Shown here: positions 28,400-42,364 of the stretch, one piece after another
Position numbering within the stretch: the stretch's first letter is position 1
How the letters are laid out: each line of letters opens with the position of its first letter
NCBI GenBank assembly: GCA_973895155.1
Contig: OZ316893.1
Location: forward strand, 9,611,839-9,675,838
Length of the DNA stretch: 64,000 nt
Origin: Marsupella aquatica
Lineage: Eukaryota; Plantae; Marchantiophyta
Direction: 5' to 3'
The notes under the pieces: generated by a model
Seen by the model: only the letters and a program-made list of their open reading frames with translations
What the model was told of the DNA's origin: nothing
Database searches by the model: none
Position numbers and translations under genes: made by a program

Positions 28400-31300
28400 G
28401 ATTTTGTGTATCCTCAATCAGAATGGATAATGCAGAGGGGTGCATCTGAGGTGTTTGCAATTCATTCTAGAGCTGCATCCACTACGATTGAAGGAGAATG
28501 TAGTGGTAGTGGGAGTGCGGGAGAGCTCAAATAAATTGCTCTTCGAATCCATGGGTTTGGAGTTACAGGTGAAACATCCCCAGGGTCTCAGAACTCCAAG
28601 CTGAAGCTTTAGATTTCAGGCAAAGAAAGACCGGTTTGGTAAGTGCAGATAGGCAGATACAGGTGTGTGCAAAATGCATATGTTTCCCATGAAATCTATC
28701 AATGCAAATCTTTGGATTCGTCAACAGTATACGTAGTTTCGCGATGAGAAGTTGGAGCAACAAGAAGTCTCTAATTAACAGCAAATCAACTATACTGCAC
28801 TGTTGAAGTCGTAAATGACCAAGTCTGTGAGTAGATTTTTCATTATTAAATCGTCTTGGATTTGCTCAAATTTCTCTAGGAGTGGAACGGTGAAAAATAG
28901 TTTGTACAAAGTCTTGACATGAGATTGATTTTTCCTTCAAAAACCTTTTCTTCCAACATTTATCTATCTGAGCTTTGTAGTATGATTACTGCACTAAAAG
29001 TCTTCACTGCCATAGGGGGCTCTTTGGACGTTATGTAAGATTTGATGAAAAAAATGTTGTTACTTGAATGGCATACATTATTCCTGAATATCGTTGGGGT
29101 TTGACACGAAACATTTGAAAGGCTTAAACCTAAGGAATATCACTAGCTTAGGGTTGTTTGCGTGCCTGGGCTATCTTACCGAACACAACCTTTCTCGAAG
29201 AAATTCAACTTCCAACAGCGTAGAGCAAATGGTGCTTGTGACGCATCAGGCAACCGAAGTGCCCTGAATATGTTTAGGCAGACTTACCATTTGAATACCC
29301 TGGCCTTCTGCTTGGTGGAAAATTGCAGGCCTTAGCATCAAATACATGCTGAAATGAATTCGTTTTAGTCTTTTATCAAACCCAATGTGGCAGCCCGTAA
29401 ACACGTTATTTCATAGTGGAAGATGTTGCTAAAGCGAGCAACGAAAAAAGGAAAGAAACGGTCCAACTACTACAATCATAGGCTCAAACTTTTTGCCCAA
29501 GGTGGTTGAAGCCGAGCATTCCCGGTGACCTGTACACATCTCGTGCCCGGATGGATTCCGTCCATCCGCATGGCATCATCAGGGACGCGCATCTCATGAG
29601 TTCCTCAGTACAATCCTGTCTAAGGTTTTATGTTTTCTTTTAGTTTTAAAGCTGTCTGAAATTACAGTACAATCATCGTCGAGCATTGACATGTCATCGA
29701 CTGACAAAGGAACACTGTAGGATGGTACGCCTAAGATGTGGGCGAAACATGAATGAGATCACATGTGTTATTATATCCTAGACTGGTATCATGGACATGG
29801 CTATACAGAAGAGATTTACTTGATGGGCCTGACAAACTATTACATGATGAGGCCATGATGCAAACGTTAACTTCATGGCGGACCTGCTTATGAAAATCTC
29901 TTCATGGGTTCCACTGCCGATTCGGTCGCCTGTATTCCTGTTTCGAGCTTGTTCCAACTTTCAATCTGGGTCTGACTTGGTTAAGGCCCAGGAAAAGATG
30001 TGTAAAATAAATACAGCAGATATGTAATCTAAGCAACCAAAGTACGAATGATCAAGACAAGGAGGCATTTCCCCCCAAAATCCGAAGTGAATATTTAAGA
30101 GATCACTGACTGCACTGTATTACATTATTGAGCAGGGCATAATTAATGTTTTCATTTACCTCTGTATTGAGTATCTATTGTTGTTTGCCCACAAATGCAA
30201 AAATCACCTACCCTCAAATCGGAATGAAGAGAATGTCAAGTGAAAATTGTTTTTGTGAAGGGCCCTCATGAAGTACATATGTGGACATTGACAGGACTCA
30301 CAGATGTAGCAAGTTTGTCATAATATTATATGTACACACATCATTGTCAGATTGACATGCTGGATGCTCTTTGATATGTAAACAATCAGTATGACATGCT
30401 CATCTTGGATCTATTCATTGATATTCAATTTGTTAGTATGTGGAAAGAAATATATATATTTGTATATTAAATTGACAAACATTTTGGATATTAATATATC
30501 TTCTGTATTAGATACATAGATAAATAATGTAGATAGAATGTCAATATCATATACCCAATGTTTAGATCAACATGATTGATTTGGTGTCATAGAAATTGAA
30601 TATGGTCATGTTAGATGAGATGTCAATATTTCATGAACTAAGTTGGATCAGCTCAATTCAGACTATGGGATGATGTTTTGGGATGATATAAAATATCACG
30701 GAGAAGCCTAGTCTTGTTGTGACCAAAGGGCGTTTCGGTCATGAAAGCATGAGATTTAAGCGGGGATTTAAGTATACAAAAGAGTAACATGTCTTATCAG
30801 GCTTTGCTTTGCAAAACCAAACTATGCTACTTTGCTCTATTTTCAGCTTGTCTGCATTGTGGTCATGATATAGGAGACTACCTGAAAACTTACGTGTAGC
30901 CACAGGAAGGGCTGAAGGGCGCCCTCTACCCATGCCACCATGCCCCCATGCCCGCCCCTACTTACAAACAAATCTAAAATCAAAAGCTAGCCTTTTGTTG
31001 CCATACTCTATGTTTTAGCTCATGCACAGCTAGTTCACTTGAATTGGGAGTCTTTAAACACTATAATACAGTATGCAATCCCTTCCCTTCTTTCTCATTG
31101 TCTGTTTAAATGTCATTATGATTGGAAGTCTCCTGGCAGTTTGATTATGGTGACAATTTTTCCTAAACATGAGATGTGAACCATTGTGCTACTCCTTGGA
31201 GCTTACATATTCATTGAAATCTCATTGCAAGGCAGATTCACGATGGCATGCATTGTTGCATTGCCTGGCCCCCGGCCTGGCCATCTCATTTATGCATGAC

Positions 31301-31744
31301 AACACTTGCACATAATATCATGTAATATTCATATATGATACTGTGGGTTGGCATCCACTTAAGAAAACATTCTATAATTGTTAGATATTGCTCTAGTCTT
31401 GTGACTCATGAGCTAATCATAGTTAGTCTAACTCGGGTTAGGACTTAGCTAATGTTAGCGGTATTGCTGGTGTGCATATAGCCAGGGCTGATGCCAGACC
31501 CTGGTGGAACTTAGGCTCATTGTTACGGAGCTGGTTGAGAGATAGGGAGAGCTTGTGCTGTGGATGCTTAGTATGGCCGGTCGGCCTAGAGTGCAGTAAA
31601 GCTCTTGTGTGTTCCCATGGACATAGCCTCATGTGAAGGTGAACCACGTATCTCTCTGTGTCGACTATTGTACGTTGGATGGTTCATGGGCTTGCTGTTA
31701 ATTATGAATGTCGTCTATGCTCAACAATAATTGCATATTGTGTA

Positions 31745-32495
31745 AGAAACACTTCTGTTGACTATCACTTACTATTGATAATACCCAACATGGACAACAC
31801 TCCCAGTGAATATCACTTACTGTTAATAATCATGAGCAAAAACACTTCTGCTGAATATCACTTCCTATTGATTATACCCACAGACTGTGGACAACATTTC
31901 AGCTTATTAATATCCTCGTTAATCTCACTACACTTTGGCTTAATATGACTTACTTTTGATAATATTTTCCCACAACACTTCAGCTGACTCTCACTTACTA
32001 TTGATAATACCCAACGTGTACAACACTCTGGTTTCATATCACTACACTTTGGCTTGATGTCACTTACTTTTGATAAAAATGTCCCACAACACTTCTGCTG
32101 ACTATTACTTACTTTTGATAATACCATAATATTGTGGGACAACACTTCTACTAAACATCACTTACTATTGATGACACACGGGTGGACAACACTTGGTTTA
32201 ATGTCACTTACTATTGATAATATTGTGACATGGTGCACAGGCTAGTGTTTCTCACTTTGGAGAGGCAAATTGGAAAAGATTCATCATAAGGTGCGGTAGA
32301 ACTTCTACTGAATATCACTTACTATTGATAACATTGTGTGACAACACTTCTATTGAATATCAAGTACTATACCGCACGTGTACAACACTTTGGCTTAATA
32401 TCAGTATAATACACTTTGGCTTAATATCATTATAATACACTTTGGCTTAGTATCAATCACTTACTATTGAAAGTACAGGCCGTTGACAACACTCC
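31745..32495. repeat. Minisatellite-like array (~45-60-bp units: caacacttc..ctgaatatcacttactattgataata)
   Basis: tcacttact(a/t)ttgata recurs more than 10 times, interleaved with (c)aacactt and cactttggcttaatat. Confidence 0.85.
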
Positions 32496-32635
32496 CTTAA
32501 TATTCCTAATAAATAGGATGAGAAACTAGAGTTGGGGCCTGGTCTTTTAGAGTGAAGCCTCTAGACTTGACTCTAGGGTCCCACCAGAACTTATGTGGAT
32601 GAAGAGAACCATGGGATATTATACATGTCAAAATA

Positions 32636-32980
32636 ATTTTGTCATAGTTTCTATTAATATTGACAGAAAGGGCATTCAAGCTAGACAGTACTATTGAAAA
32701 ATATTTGGCCATGGTGCAAGGGCTAGTGTTTCTCACTTTGGAGTGATTTTGTCATAGTTTCTATGAACATTCAAAGAATGGGCATTCAAGCTCGTATGAC
32801 TTACTAATACTATTGAGAAAGTTGTGGCATGGTGCAGGGGCTAGTGTTTCTCACTTTGTAGTGATTTTGTCATAGTTTCTATGAACATTCAACGAATGTG
32901 CATTCAAGCTCGTATCACTTACTATTAATGTTGATGAAGTTGTGGCATGGTGCAGGGGCCAATGTTTCTGACTCTGGAGG
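32636..32980. repeat. ~118-bp tandem repeat, about 3 copies
   Basis: attttgtcatagtttctat...gcattcaagct...atggtgca.gggctagtgtttctcactttg recurs with period ~115-120. A partial copy lies at about 32230. Confidence 0.85.
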
Positions 32981-35900
32981 GGGAATTGGGAAAAACATTA
33001 ACCGTACCTGATACGGTGTGTGACACGACGAGTAGACTGTGGTGCGGTCCGAACTTTCCACACAGTCGTGTCAATCATGAGTCTGCGCCCCTACCTACCC
33101 CATCAAGTCGTAATCTCTCCTCTACGCCCCAATTTGAAAGTTCGTTAGAATAGTCGTCGACGCCCACCAACGTACCTCCTCTTCGCCATGAAGGGCCGGA
33201 GCGAGACCCATTAATACTGTCTCTGGCTTTTCCAAGTCAGATATCAATTGCTTGATTATTGTCTCCGCTGCTCTTCTTGCCACATTTCATATCTACTGTG
33301 ATTGTGTGAACTTACTTAATTATTGATTTCGTCTTCTGTTCGTAGTTCAACCTCGTGATGCGTTCATTGGATGAACGGGCACTGAATCGCGTGATTTGCG
33401 TCTCCTGATGAACCAAGAGGAGATGGTTTTCAATCGGTGATTCATACGTCAGGTATTGCAGGATCATCGATCGATGTAGATCGAAGCCGCCTTCAATTCT
33501 CTGTCTACTGAGAATTATTTTATAGCGTCAGCGTCTCTGGCGGATCGGATTGGTCGGAGATGTCGAGGCCGCATACAGTCTATAAATTTGTCGGTGAGTT
33601 TCGAGTACAGTTAGCGTTGGTGAATTCCAATGTGACCGGGTTTGCAGTTTCCATAACCAGCCCAAAACAGCGACGCGGCATGAAGAGGAGAGAGTGCGGT
33701 GCGCTGAGTACAACAATATTCAAGCGATGCCGAAGATGGATGCAGTACGGGAAGATTTCCTGTAGTCGAGATGGAAGAAGCGACTTGGAGGGAGTAGATT
33801 GTAGACGACCTTGGTAATAATCCTACCTTCCAAGCTTGTATTGATCCATTCGCCATAGCTGCGTGTACTATTGATCATTCGTTCAGATCAAATAATACAT
33901 CTTCCCAAGCAAAGGAAAAACTCATTATTGTCTACGACCCAATGGATGAAGACAGGCACTCCAATCAATAACCAGAGAAAAGAAAACTCACGGCCCAAGA
34001 GTACAACAAGATCTGTCCAATGTGAGATCTAGGAGAGGACAAAGAGGACCTGCAGTAGAGTGATCCTCGAGTACTTGCACTACAGTACAGACCTAATTCG
34101 TCGTTTGGGGAATTCCTTGAAAGGCTTTTGTTTCATTCTGAGTTGACACACGTTCTTTTCCTTAGTAGGTCACACAGAATTGCACGATCAGGAATTTTTT
34201 CTTCTTCGCTTTACAAAGCGTTTAATTTGCAGAATCCGTTTCATTATTGTAAGTACGAATTCCAGATCATGAACTGTTATGAGTTGGTCGGAGCGAACCA
34301 TTTGAAATGATCTTTCCCAGTCAAAGAGACTGATTCATGCATCCGCCCTTTGCTTACTAGCAAGTCGGGGTACAGTATGGAACCATAACATTCCAGACAA
34401 AACGTTCCTACTCAGCTGTCGTTAGAACCGCCTCAATGTTATTAGAATGCAATACTCATATGGTCTCAATTAACGCGGTTGGCAAGGTTGACTCTGTGGG
34501 GTGGAGGCTGGAAATTAATAGCCTAGACAAAAGGCACTGATCAAGGTCATGGAATGTGAAATTAGCGAGAAGGTATTTTCTCCTAGTACTTGACAAATAA
34601 TAGATCAGTCTACCAATTGATCACACAGAAGGTGATCACTAAGAGGATTCTTAAAAGTAAATATGAAGCTGCAGAGGGGAAAATAGGAATCGAAGTACGG
34701 TATTACATGTGTTGCCGTAGACATCAATGAAATTCCCAATAACGATTTGTAACGAAGGCGTGACAAAATTCTACAGCTTAGATTGTATTCTCTAGAATTG
34801 GCTTGGCCAAGAACGAATTGCCCGTTGAGGTCGATCATACCGATTACCGAAACTTTAAAGTGGTATATATAATACAGTAGAGGCGTGTTTTACACTCAAT
34901 TTGAGTTTGGTGGGACTGTACCAGGACTTCTGCTTCAATGCAATTCGCTGCGCACTGTAGTTTCCAGGAATATGACGTAGCCGCCCATACTGTTGGTACT
35001 GAAGACAAGACTGTTGGCGACTAGCCTCGCGCTAGAGCGTTGTTTGCTAACTTGCCGCCGCGTCGACCGTGGAAAAATGAGGTCCTGAACTGGATCGAAG
35101 CTCTGCGGTAGGGCCGATTTGCGTCGAACTGTTGACAGAAGTTCTCTGAGGCGACGGACCGAGCAAATGCCAACCATCCATGAAATCAGTATAATTCGTG
35201 ACTGCACGTACGAATGCTCCAGATGGTACAGTAGATCGAGGACGGTGGGGGCATGCATGAGCGATGGAAAGACTCAATCGATTCCCCCGCACCGAAGGCT
35301 GATCGACCAGCGCCAGAAGCGACTAGCTAGTGATCGACGGAGAGAGCATATATTGCGAGACTGAAATGCAAGTTCATCTGAACACTCCTATGAAAATTAA
35401 TAACGTACTCAAGATCTGAAAGGCCATAGCTTCGCAAACGGTCTCTATATAGAATAACTTTAGCGGGGATTTCCGTGACGATTGAAAGGGATTGACCGAG
35501 CTAGTAAGTGCTTTTTACTCCCGAAGCTGTCTCTCCGGCTCCTGGCTATCAAACAAGGTCTTCAAGTCGGCGATTCCATACTTCTAAGCTATGGAATTTT
35601 GAGGACGGATTGTATGTTTGCACTCCTTTCTGAGATTTTGACGTGGGCTGGTTCATCTTTATCGAATTGACTTAAACGGGGCCTCATCGCAGTGAGCCGT
35701 CTGCCATAGTCGATCATTCTGGCTTGTTTTAGTCAATGGATGTAAGTGAGAAGAGATAGTGATGTAGTTCGAAGTGGTGCGATGTCGGAATCTGGATGAA
35801 GCGAGAGCGAGGTGCCCAGATTATTCTTTAGTTCACTTCTGCAGCGACTTCTTTCAATACAATCGATCGATTAGAGAGCAAACTCAAGATCGCATCGGTA

Positions 35901-36308
35901 CGCTTTATTGGGATGCGGAAAGAACAAGCGGCGGAGCCATGCATTTTGCCCATCTACAGTACGAATAACTTGGGATTCAGATACGGGCAAGAGCGAGATG
36001 CCCAGATCATTATTATCCTTTCAATGCGCGCGACTTCCAATCGATCTTCACGATCACTTAGAAGTTTCATTATTATATCAAACTATCGTGACAAAGAATA
36101 TGGATTCAGATCAACGAAGAAATGGATCTGGGCCAAAATTTTAACAGCTTGCTTTAATTCAATCTGATCACAGACGCATATGATCTGCCGAAGGACGATT
36201 ACAAACGGTAATTTGAGGTCATCAAACATCAAGTGTACTCCACTGCCGAATGATTTGTACTGTACATATGTATAATTGCACAACTAGACACTGCAATTGA
36301 AGCGCTAG

Positions 36309-37490
36309 CTATTTGACTCCGAGCAATTCACGAAGAGATTTGTAGTGGCGCTTCTTCGAAGGCCGGTCTAAGATGTCAAACTTATTTTCATTGGTTAACG
36401 CTTCTTGATTCATCCCAAAGACGAGCTCCCGTTCATCCTTCCTGGGCTTGATTCTCTTCTTTCCGAGTGTCCTGAGTTCTACTCTCAGAGATCGTGGCGT
36501 ACTGCTGCTGCTGTACGTTGCCTCCCCCTCCCAAGTTGCCTTTCTTTCTTGAACTGTGTCCCCAACTTCATCATCAGCAACCCTCGGGCAACCTGCTGAA
36601 CTTTTGGCCCCCATCTCCTGTTCGGATGGCTCGCGGACAGGTGGTAGCGAAGGAGCAGCAGCACCACCATCATCATAGTCGGAAACCCTAATAATTGAAC
36701 ACGGCTGTTTTTGTGAACTCTCTTCCTCTGCTGCGCCATCATCAGCTGAATGACTAGTGGTAGTACTACTCATCTCTAAAAGCAGGCAGGCTGCTGAAAT
36801 GTCAGCTTCATTGAAACATTCTATCTGAGGCGGAGTGACAGTCGAAGAGGAGCTGTTGCAATCCTGAGAGCGCGCGAGGAAGGTTGTTGTCCCAGCGTTG
36901 CTGTCGTTGCCTCGAAGCCCATTTAAGTCATTGCATAGAACATCCACGGCTGCAGAAGAGCTGCTGTTGCAGTCCAAGATTGACGACCTGAACGATGACG
37001 ACGTGCTTGCTCTCTCTTCTTGATGATCATGGCAATCAATTCCACTGTTGCGGACCGCTGTCGTCGTGATTGTATCTCTCGTAAGCGTCATTTGATCTAT
37101 CGGACCGGAGCACAATCGGGAGCTAGTACCCTTTCGCACTTCTCTACGCATCCTGCAACTAAAGTTCTGCCCCTCGTGCTGTGAGTCACAGAAGTCCACC
37201 TGAAATGCCCCACGACCCTGATTTTGATAGTCCAGGGATGTTAAGGCGATCTCGAGCTTACAGCAGCAGCGACTGGCCGCGACGGCTGGAGGTGGTGGGC
37301 GAGGAAATGCCTGCATCATCATCATCATCATCATGCCCTCATCACCACTGCTGCAATCGACCCCCAGTTCGACGTGCACTTCTAACCCTCCTGCATAAGA
37401 ACAGATCGGGTCCACCTGTAAGCTTTCCTCCTCTCGTGCGGACGAATATGCTGACGCATCTGCTACCACTCTGCTCTTACTAGAGGGCAT
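36309..37490 (-). CDS. Uncharacterised Ser-rich, largely disordered protein (393 aa), probably nuclear
   Basis: Uninterrupted 1.2-kb ORF (first ATG 37490) with poly-Met/Ser/Pro tracts, a short amphipathic motif EADISAACLLLEMS, basic clusters KKRIKPRK and a C-terminal PSKKRHYKSLRELL. Confidence 0.7.
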   Translation of the reverse strand: MPSSKSRVVADASAYSSAREEESLQVDPICSYAGGLEVHVELGVDCSSGDEGMMMMMMMQAFPRPPPPAVAASRCCCKLEIALTSLDYQNQGRGAFQVDFCDSQHEGQNFSCRMRREVRKGTSSRLCSGPIDQMTLTRDTITTTAVRNSGIDCHDHQEERASTSSSFRSSILDCNSSSSAAVDVLCNDLNGLRGNDSNAGTTTFLARSQDCNSSSSTVTPPQIECFNEADISAACLLLEMSSTTTSHSADDGAAEEESSQKQPCSIIRVSDYDDGGAAAPSLPPVREPSEQEMGAKSSAGCPRVADDEVGDTVQERKATWEGEATYSSSSTPRSLRVELRTLGKKRIKPRKDERELVFGMNQEALTNENKFDILDRPSKKRHYKSLRELLGVK

Positions 37491-40400
37491 GCAGTTCCAG
37501 TAAGGAGAAAGTCTATCCAAATGTTATATGTTTGCAATTCCAGTCAATCAAACAATCATTGACCAGATCTTATATACTCAAAGGTTCAGCGGAGGAACTG
37601 AAAGAAACGCACCGGATGACAAACTTCAACGCTCCCTCTCGTGCAACGAAGACAAATCAGTAATCCGGCGTCGCTCAACGCAATGGCTCCAAGAATTTGA
37701 AGGCCTCCTGCTAGTAACGAGAACCATGAGTTTCCGCACCGATATCGTCGAATGTCGTCCAATCGCAAGAGAAACCTAAATACCTAGCGTAGGGGAGCCT
37801 AGCCTAGCCAGGCCAGCGTAGCCTAGCTAACCAAGTTCAACTTATCAACTGAACGCCTTGGCTTACGATAGACAACAAGCTCGTAACCTCCTCCGCGCCC
37901 GTTCAATAACCTCTCCCGGAATCTAGAGCGACCCACTCTCTTACGTAGGTCTATACACAAAGTACACGGTGCCAAGTTCTTAATTGGGGGGAGGTCTCGG
38001 CCTAGGCAAGAACTTACGGTATCTGATTCACCCACCCCGCTCCCTCGCTGGCCCTGCACGTATGTACATAGATAGGTTTGATTGGCCGGCCCTGATGCAT
38101 GGATGGATGGATCCCTAGACAGTCGTTGACGATGATCAATAATTCCCCGAGTAACACAGATTGATATCGATCCTGTGAGTCTCTCTTGAACACTACCCTA
38201 GTATTTGAATCAGAAATGCAGCGAAAAATTTCTGTGCCTCGAGTTTCCTCCCGCTCCGTCGTTCGGTCGCTGATCTTCCTTAATCGCCCCCAAACTTGAT
38301 CCCTTCCAAAGAACCTCGAAAGTTCATTAATCCTATTCAAGCCGCATGAGTTGTCGGCAAGCGAACCACAGCAATGTCCTCAGACACGTCATTTAAACCG
38401 TCAAGCCTAATACCGCCAATTGCAAGACGTGTGTAATACTCCAGCACGTTAGTACCTATTTCATATCATTCTTTGAGTGCATGGCTCGAGTCAAAATCTT
38501 GCCGCATCGTCAAGTCCAGCCCTCTATTGATCACTATTTCACTCGATGTGTGAGCAGATAGTAGCCACTATGTTTCTTGAATTGCCGCAGAAATATGTTA
38601 CGCAGAAATTGCGCTCTCGCGGTCGTCGATCGAGGCCCGGCCTCTCCTCCAAAAGTCAACACAAAACTCGCGCACAGCAGCAGCAACAGTGCCTCCTAAA
38701 CAGCCTCCTGCATCTCCCGTCTGATGGTCGATTAGACACAAAAAACTCTTGTTCCCTCTCGCGGAAGGTATCCTTAGTTCGCGACAAAGAGCAACGCACG
38801 TTTGGTCCTCCCACGAAAGCCAATCGATTATGAAGGCGCCGTCTTGACGCAAGTTACCTTAATTTCATGAGGAGAGCAATGATCCACCACCAGCGTATGG
38901 TACTGTTCCGGGATAGTCAAAAGAATCACGCGCACGAGTAATTCCGCCACGGCACAACAGCCCCGGGCTAAGGCAGTGAAAGGTTCTCAACCAGACGAAA
39001 TGCTTGCTTGAATAGTTGGATACATATTAATGTACATACGTCTGGACGGGTCCGGGCAGACTAGGTGGTTAACAACAACGAGATGCAAATTATCTATGTG
39101 GTTTGTGGCTCGGAGCCAGCCATGGCCGATCGGATCACACTTGTAGAAATACACGCACACACACACCCAGGCCGCAATCAGTCAGTCAGAAACAACGGAT
39201 TCCTCGACTGTACCTCGAGATGCACCTAATCGGGCCCGGAAGGACCGGACTCCCAGCCGGGGTCTGCTCTGCTCTGCTCGGGTAGGGTAGGGTACGTGTG
39301 GCCGATTGAATAGTTACACAATTCAAGCTGCCGCTGGTACTGCTCCTGCTACTCCAATGGCAGGAAGCTTGTTCGTTGAAGCAACGAAAAAGTGCCTCCT
39401 CCGTCCGAAATGAACCAACGAGCAAAGAACGCCGCATCGGCCGCAACCATGCAATCGACCCCAGCACTCAAACCACACAAACCGATGCGCTCCTGCCTTC
39501 GCTCGCTCGCGCGAAAGGGAGAGAAACGGAGAAAGAGAGAGGAGAGGAAAGAGAGTCGACACAAGGACGTCACCGCAGTGCAGACGGATGGATGGACGCC
39601 TCCGCTCGCTCGCTTCCGTCCTTCCTTGCTGTAAGAAGCTCCACAGAACGGACGACGTAGATAGATTGCTACTCACAGCAGTGTAGACAACAGACAGAAG
39701 GGCGGACAAACGGAACACCTTCAGACCGATTAGACGGAACTCGAGAGACAGACAGACAGACAGACAAACAGACCGAAGGAGGATGGAGAAAATGTTTGCA
39801 GAAATGAGGCACAGCAGAAGAAGAAGATTGGAATGAGATCATCAATCAATACACGACACAAGAGTAGTAAATACACACACTGTCTACAAGAGCAGCTTGC
39901 ACATTGGAAATGATTAGTTTGGATATCCGGCGGTTATGATGGGAGCCTCGATCCTTCCTTCGCTCTTTACCGGCACACGATCGATTCCCCCTTCTGCGAC
40001 TCCCCTAGTCCCGTCCCGTCCTTCCGGACCTTATTTACACATCAGTACGGTTAGCGCTTTACCGTAGTTGTGCGGTGTCCGGTTCGCTCAGACTCGACCA
40101 CGCGAAACCTTCCCATACAAATATACTACTGTAGTGTGATGCATCTAACCTTCTCACACAACTCTACAGTACAGCTGGGCGTTTTTCAACCACGGTTAAA
40201 CTTTTCGGCAATTGCTACAGTGCTACTGGCGGTGGTACGCTACAGTGATTTACCGTGGTTCGGAGAGCTCAACTACGGTACAGACTTTCGGTAGAATAAT
40301 GCACACGAGTGTACGTGGTACGGGGATGTCTTACTGGAAGCCTGCTGCGTTGAGGGCCGTCGATGGGCGGCTTGGCTACGTGATCCATGGCGAGGGGGAC

Positions 40401-41751
40401 CCGGCCCGGTATCTAAATGGCGCTCAGATATGATATCTTGTGGGTCCGGTAGGGTGCCATATATGTTCTGCTGAGAGTCCCACGTGGCGAGAGTGGAGGC
40501 CCAGGAGGCAGCTCCCGAGGGAGCAACTCCATAAAGTGGAGTTTTTTCAGCTGTTTGATTGAATTTTTTGTTTTGTTTTATAGTTGTGTGGTTGATTGAT
40601 CCCATGGCAGCATTCAAAGTTGGAGCGTTTCAACATGTGGTTGTTTTTGTGGGGCTACGGTAGGCTTTAGGAGGCTTTCCAAGACCCCAGGACCCTTCAG
40701 GGTTTTCCCATCCAAAGCAAAGGGTGGGCAGTTCACTGTCTCAAGTTAGTAAACCAGGGCCAACATTGTACCAGGCAGGAGCCTAAGGGCCGCCTTGCAC
40801 CTATAATATCAGCCCTCAGTCTACTTCACTTCACTGATGTCAAATTTTAAGTGACTGAGAGTTTCATGCCTAACCCACCTTCCCGGGCAGGCTTGATGCA
40901 GCAATTGAGGATGTCCAAGGGCAAGGGCCAGAAAGTTTCCCGCCTTGATGTCTCTGCCTTTGAATTTCATATGAAACAACAGAATGAAATATACTGCTGC
41001 AACACTTCCCACAGAGTGGTTGGGCAGGTCACATGTCTTTCCTTAGCTGTTTGTGTGGAGATTTCCACATCCAATTTTTACCCATAATGTAGGAGTGGTA
41101 GGACCATTTACATGCAAGACAGCCCTCATGTAAAGCCAACTGCACCCACTTTGAGAGCGGGGGCAGAGAAACGAAAGAAATGATGCCCAAGAAACTAACG
41201 GACTTGGCAGGGATTACATGTGTGATGTCTCTAGAGAAGATCAGAAAGTTTACCCAATTCAATCAATCACAGTGGGTCTTCCCGCTACGGAGTTCAGAAG
41301 GCATGATTGAGCTCTGGTCCTTCGTTACTGGACCCATATGGAGAGAGAGATTGCCAGAAAATATGGAAGCAAATTTGACAAAGGATCAATTTTGCTCAAT
41401 TGAATACAGTGAGACCAACTTTGAATCATGGATCTAAGAGAAATTGTCAGTTGGAATGGAGAGCCATGATTCATATGAAGAAATTGATACACTAGAAATA
41501 TCAGCGGGGAAGACCAATTGCCGCTTGAATATCATCCAGAAGGCCTATAGACTAAGTTGGGGTATCTGTTGGTATTCTTACACTGGCGTTAATATTGTGG
41601 ATGTATGATGAGGAAACTTTCACATGGAATGCCCCGCCCCCCCCCCCCCTTGTTTTGTAAAGTCAACTGCTGCAGTTTAGAAAAACATACGGCTATCAAT
41701 GATTGCATCTCATATAAAGGAAAGAAATGGAAACAGCCCATCTCTTGTAAA

Positions 41752-41778
41752 CTCTCTCTCTCTCCCTCTCTCTCTCTC
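41752..41778. repeat. (CT)n microsatellite
   Basis: ctctctctctctccctctctctctctc. Confidence 0.85.
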
Positions 41779-42041
41779 ATAGATACTTATGCTATTCCCA
41801 ACCTTTATTGGTCTCTTTTACCTTTAGACCTTGTCCCCTGGACTTTTGTGAGAGTTCCACTGCAACTTATGTATAATATAATTAATTTTTGTTTGACTAT
41901 GAAAAGTTCCTGAGTTTGAGATGGAGGAAAAGGTCCCACCTTGGGGGTCATACCAAGACGTTCACTTGTGGGCTGATTAAGAAAACTATAGGGAGGGAAA
42001 GGTCACAACGGAGAGAGATCAGAGTAAGAAGGTCACTTCTG

Positions 42042-42364
42042 TCTTGAACTAAAATGGGGAGAAAATACAATTAGACTTCCCCCACCCAATGTGACAGTTT
42101 TTTCTGTAGGGAACCCAGACCAGTGTGAACCCCAACGGATCCGACAGGGACCCACACCAGGAAGGAGAGAGAATTAAATCAGGGCCACAAAGTGGGCAAC
42201 CAGGGGCCGAGCAGATAATCAGAACTCCAATTCACTACCCACAAAACCCATCCCACCCACACACATATACCCTCCACACCCAGTGTGTGGAGGGGGGATT
42301 GAACCTGGGACCTCTCAGGTCCACGCCAATCCCCTAGCCAATTGACCTAAGCCAATTGGTTGAG
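42042..42364 (-). mobile_element. tRNA-derived SINE (323 bp) with 16-bp TSD
   Basis: Minus-strand 5' end has an A-box-like TAGGTCAATTGG and B-box GAGGTCCCAGGTTCAATCCCC. Perfect direct repeat AAGAAGGTCACTTCTG at 42026-42041 and 42365-42380. Confidence 0.85.

Noticed and set aside
31745-32495. CRISPR-like regularly spaced repeats
   Set aside because: The intervening sequences are themselves repetitive, the units are degenerate, no cas genes are present and the context is eukaryotic.
40850-41560. Possible decayed transposase coding remnant
   Set aside because: The frames I translated are broken by stops and show no diagnostic motif; needs BLASTx.
42290-42364. tRNA gene
   Set aside because: No convincing acceptor stem or cloverleaf; a body and 16-bp TSD indicate a SINE.
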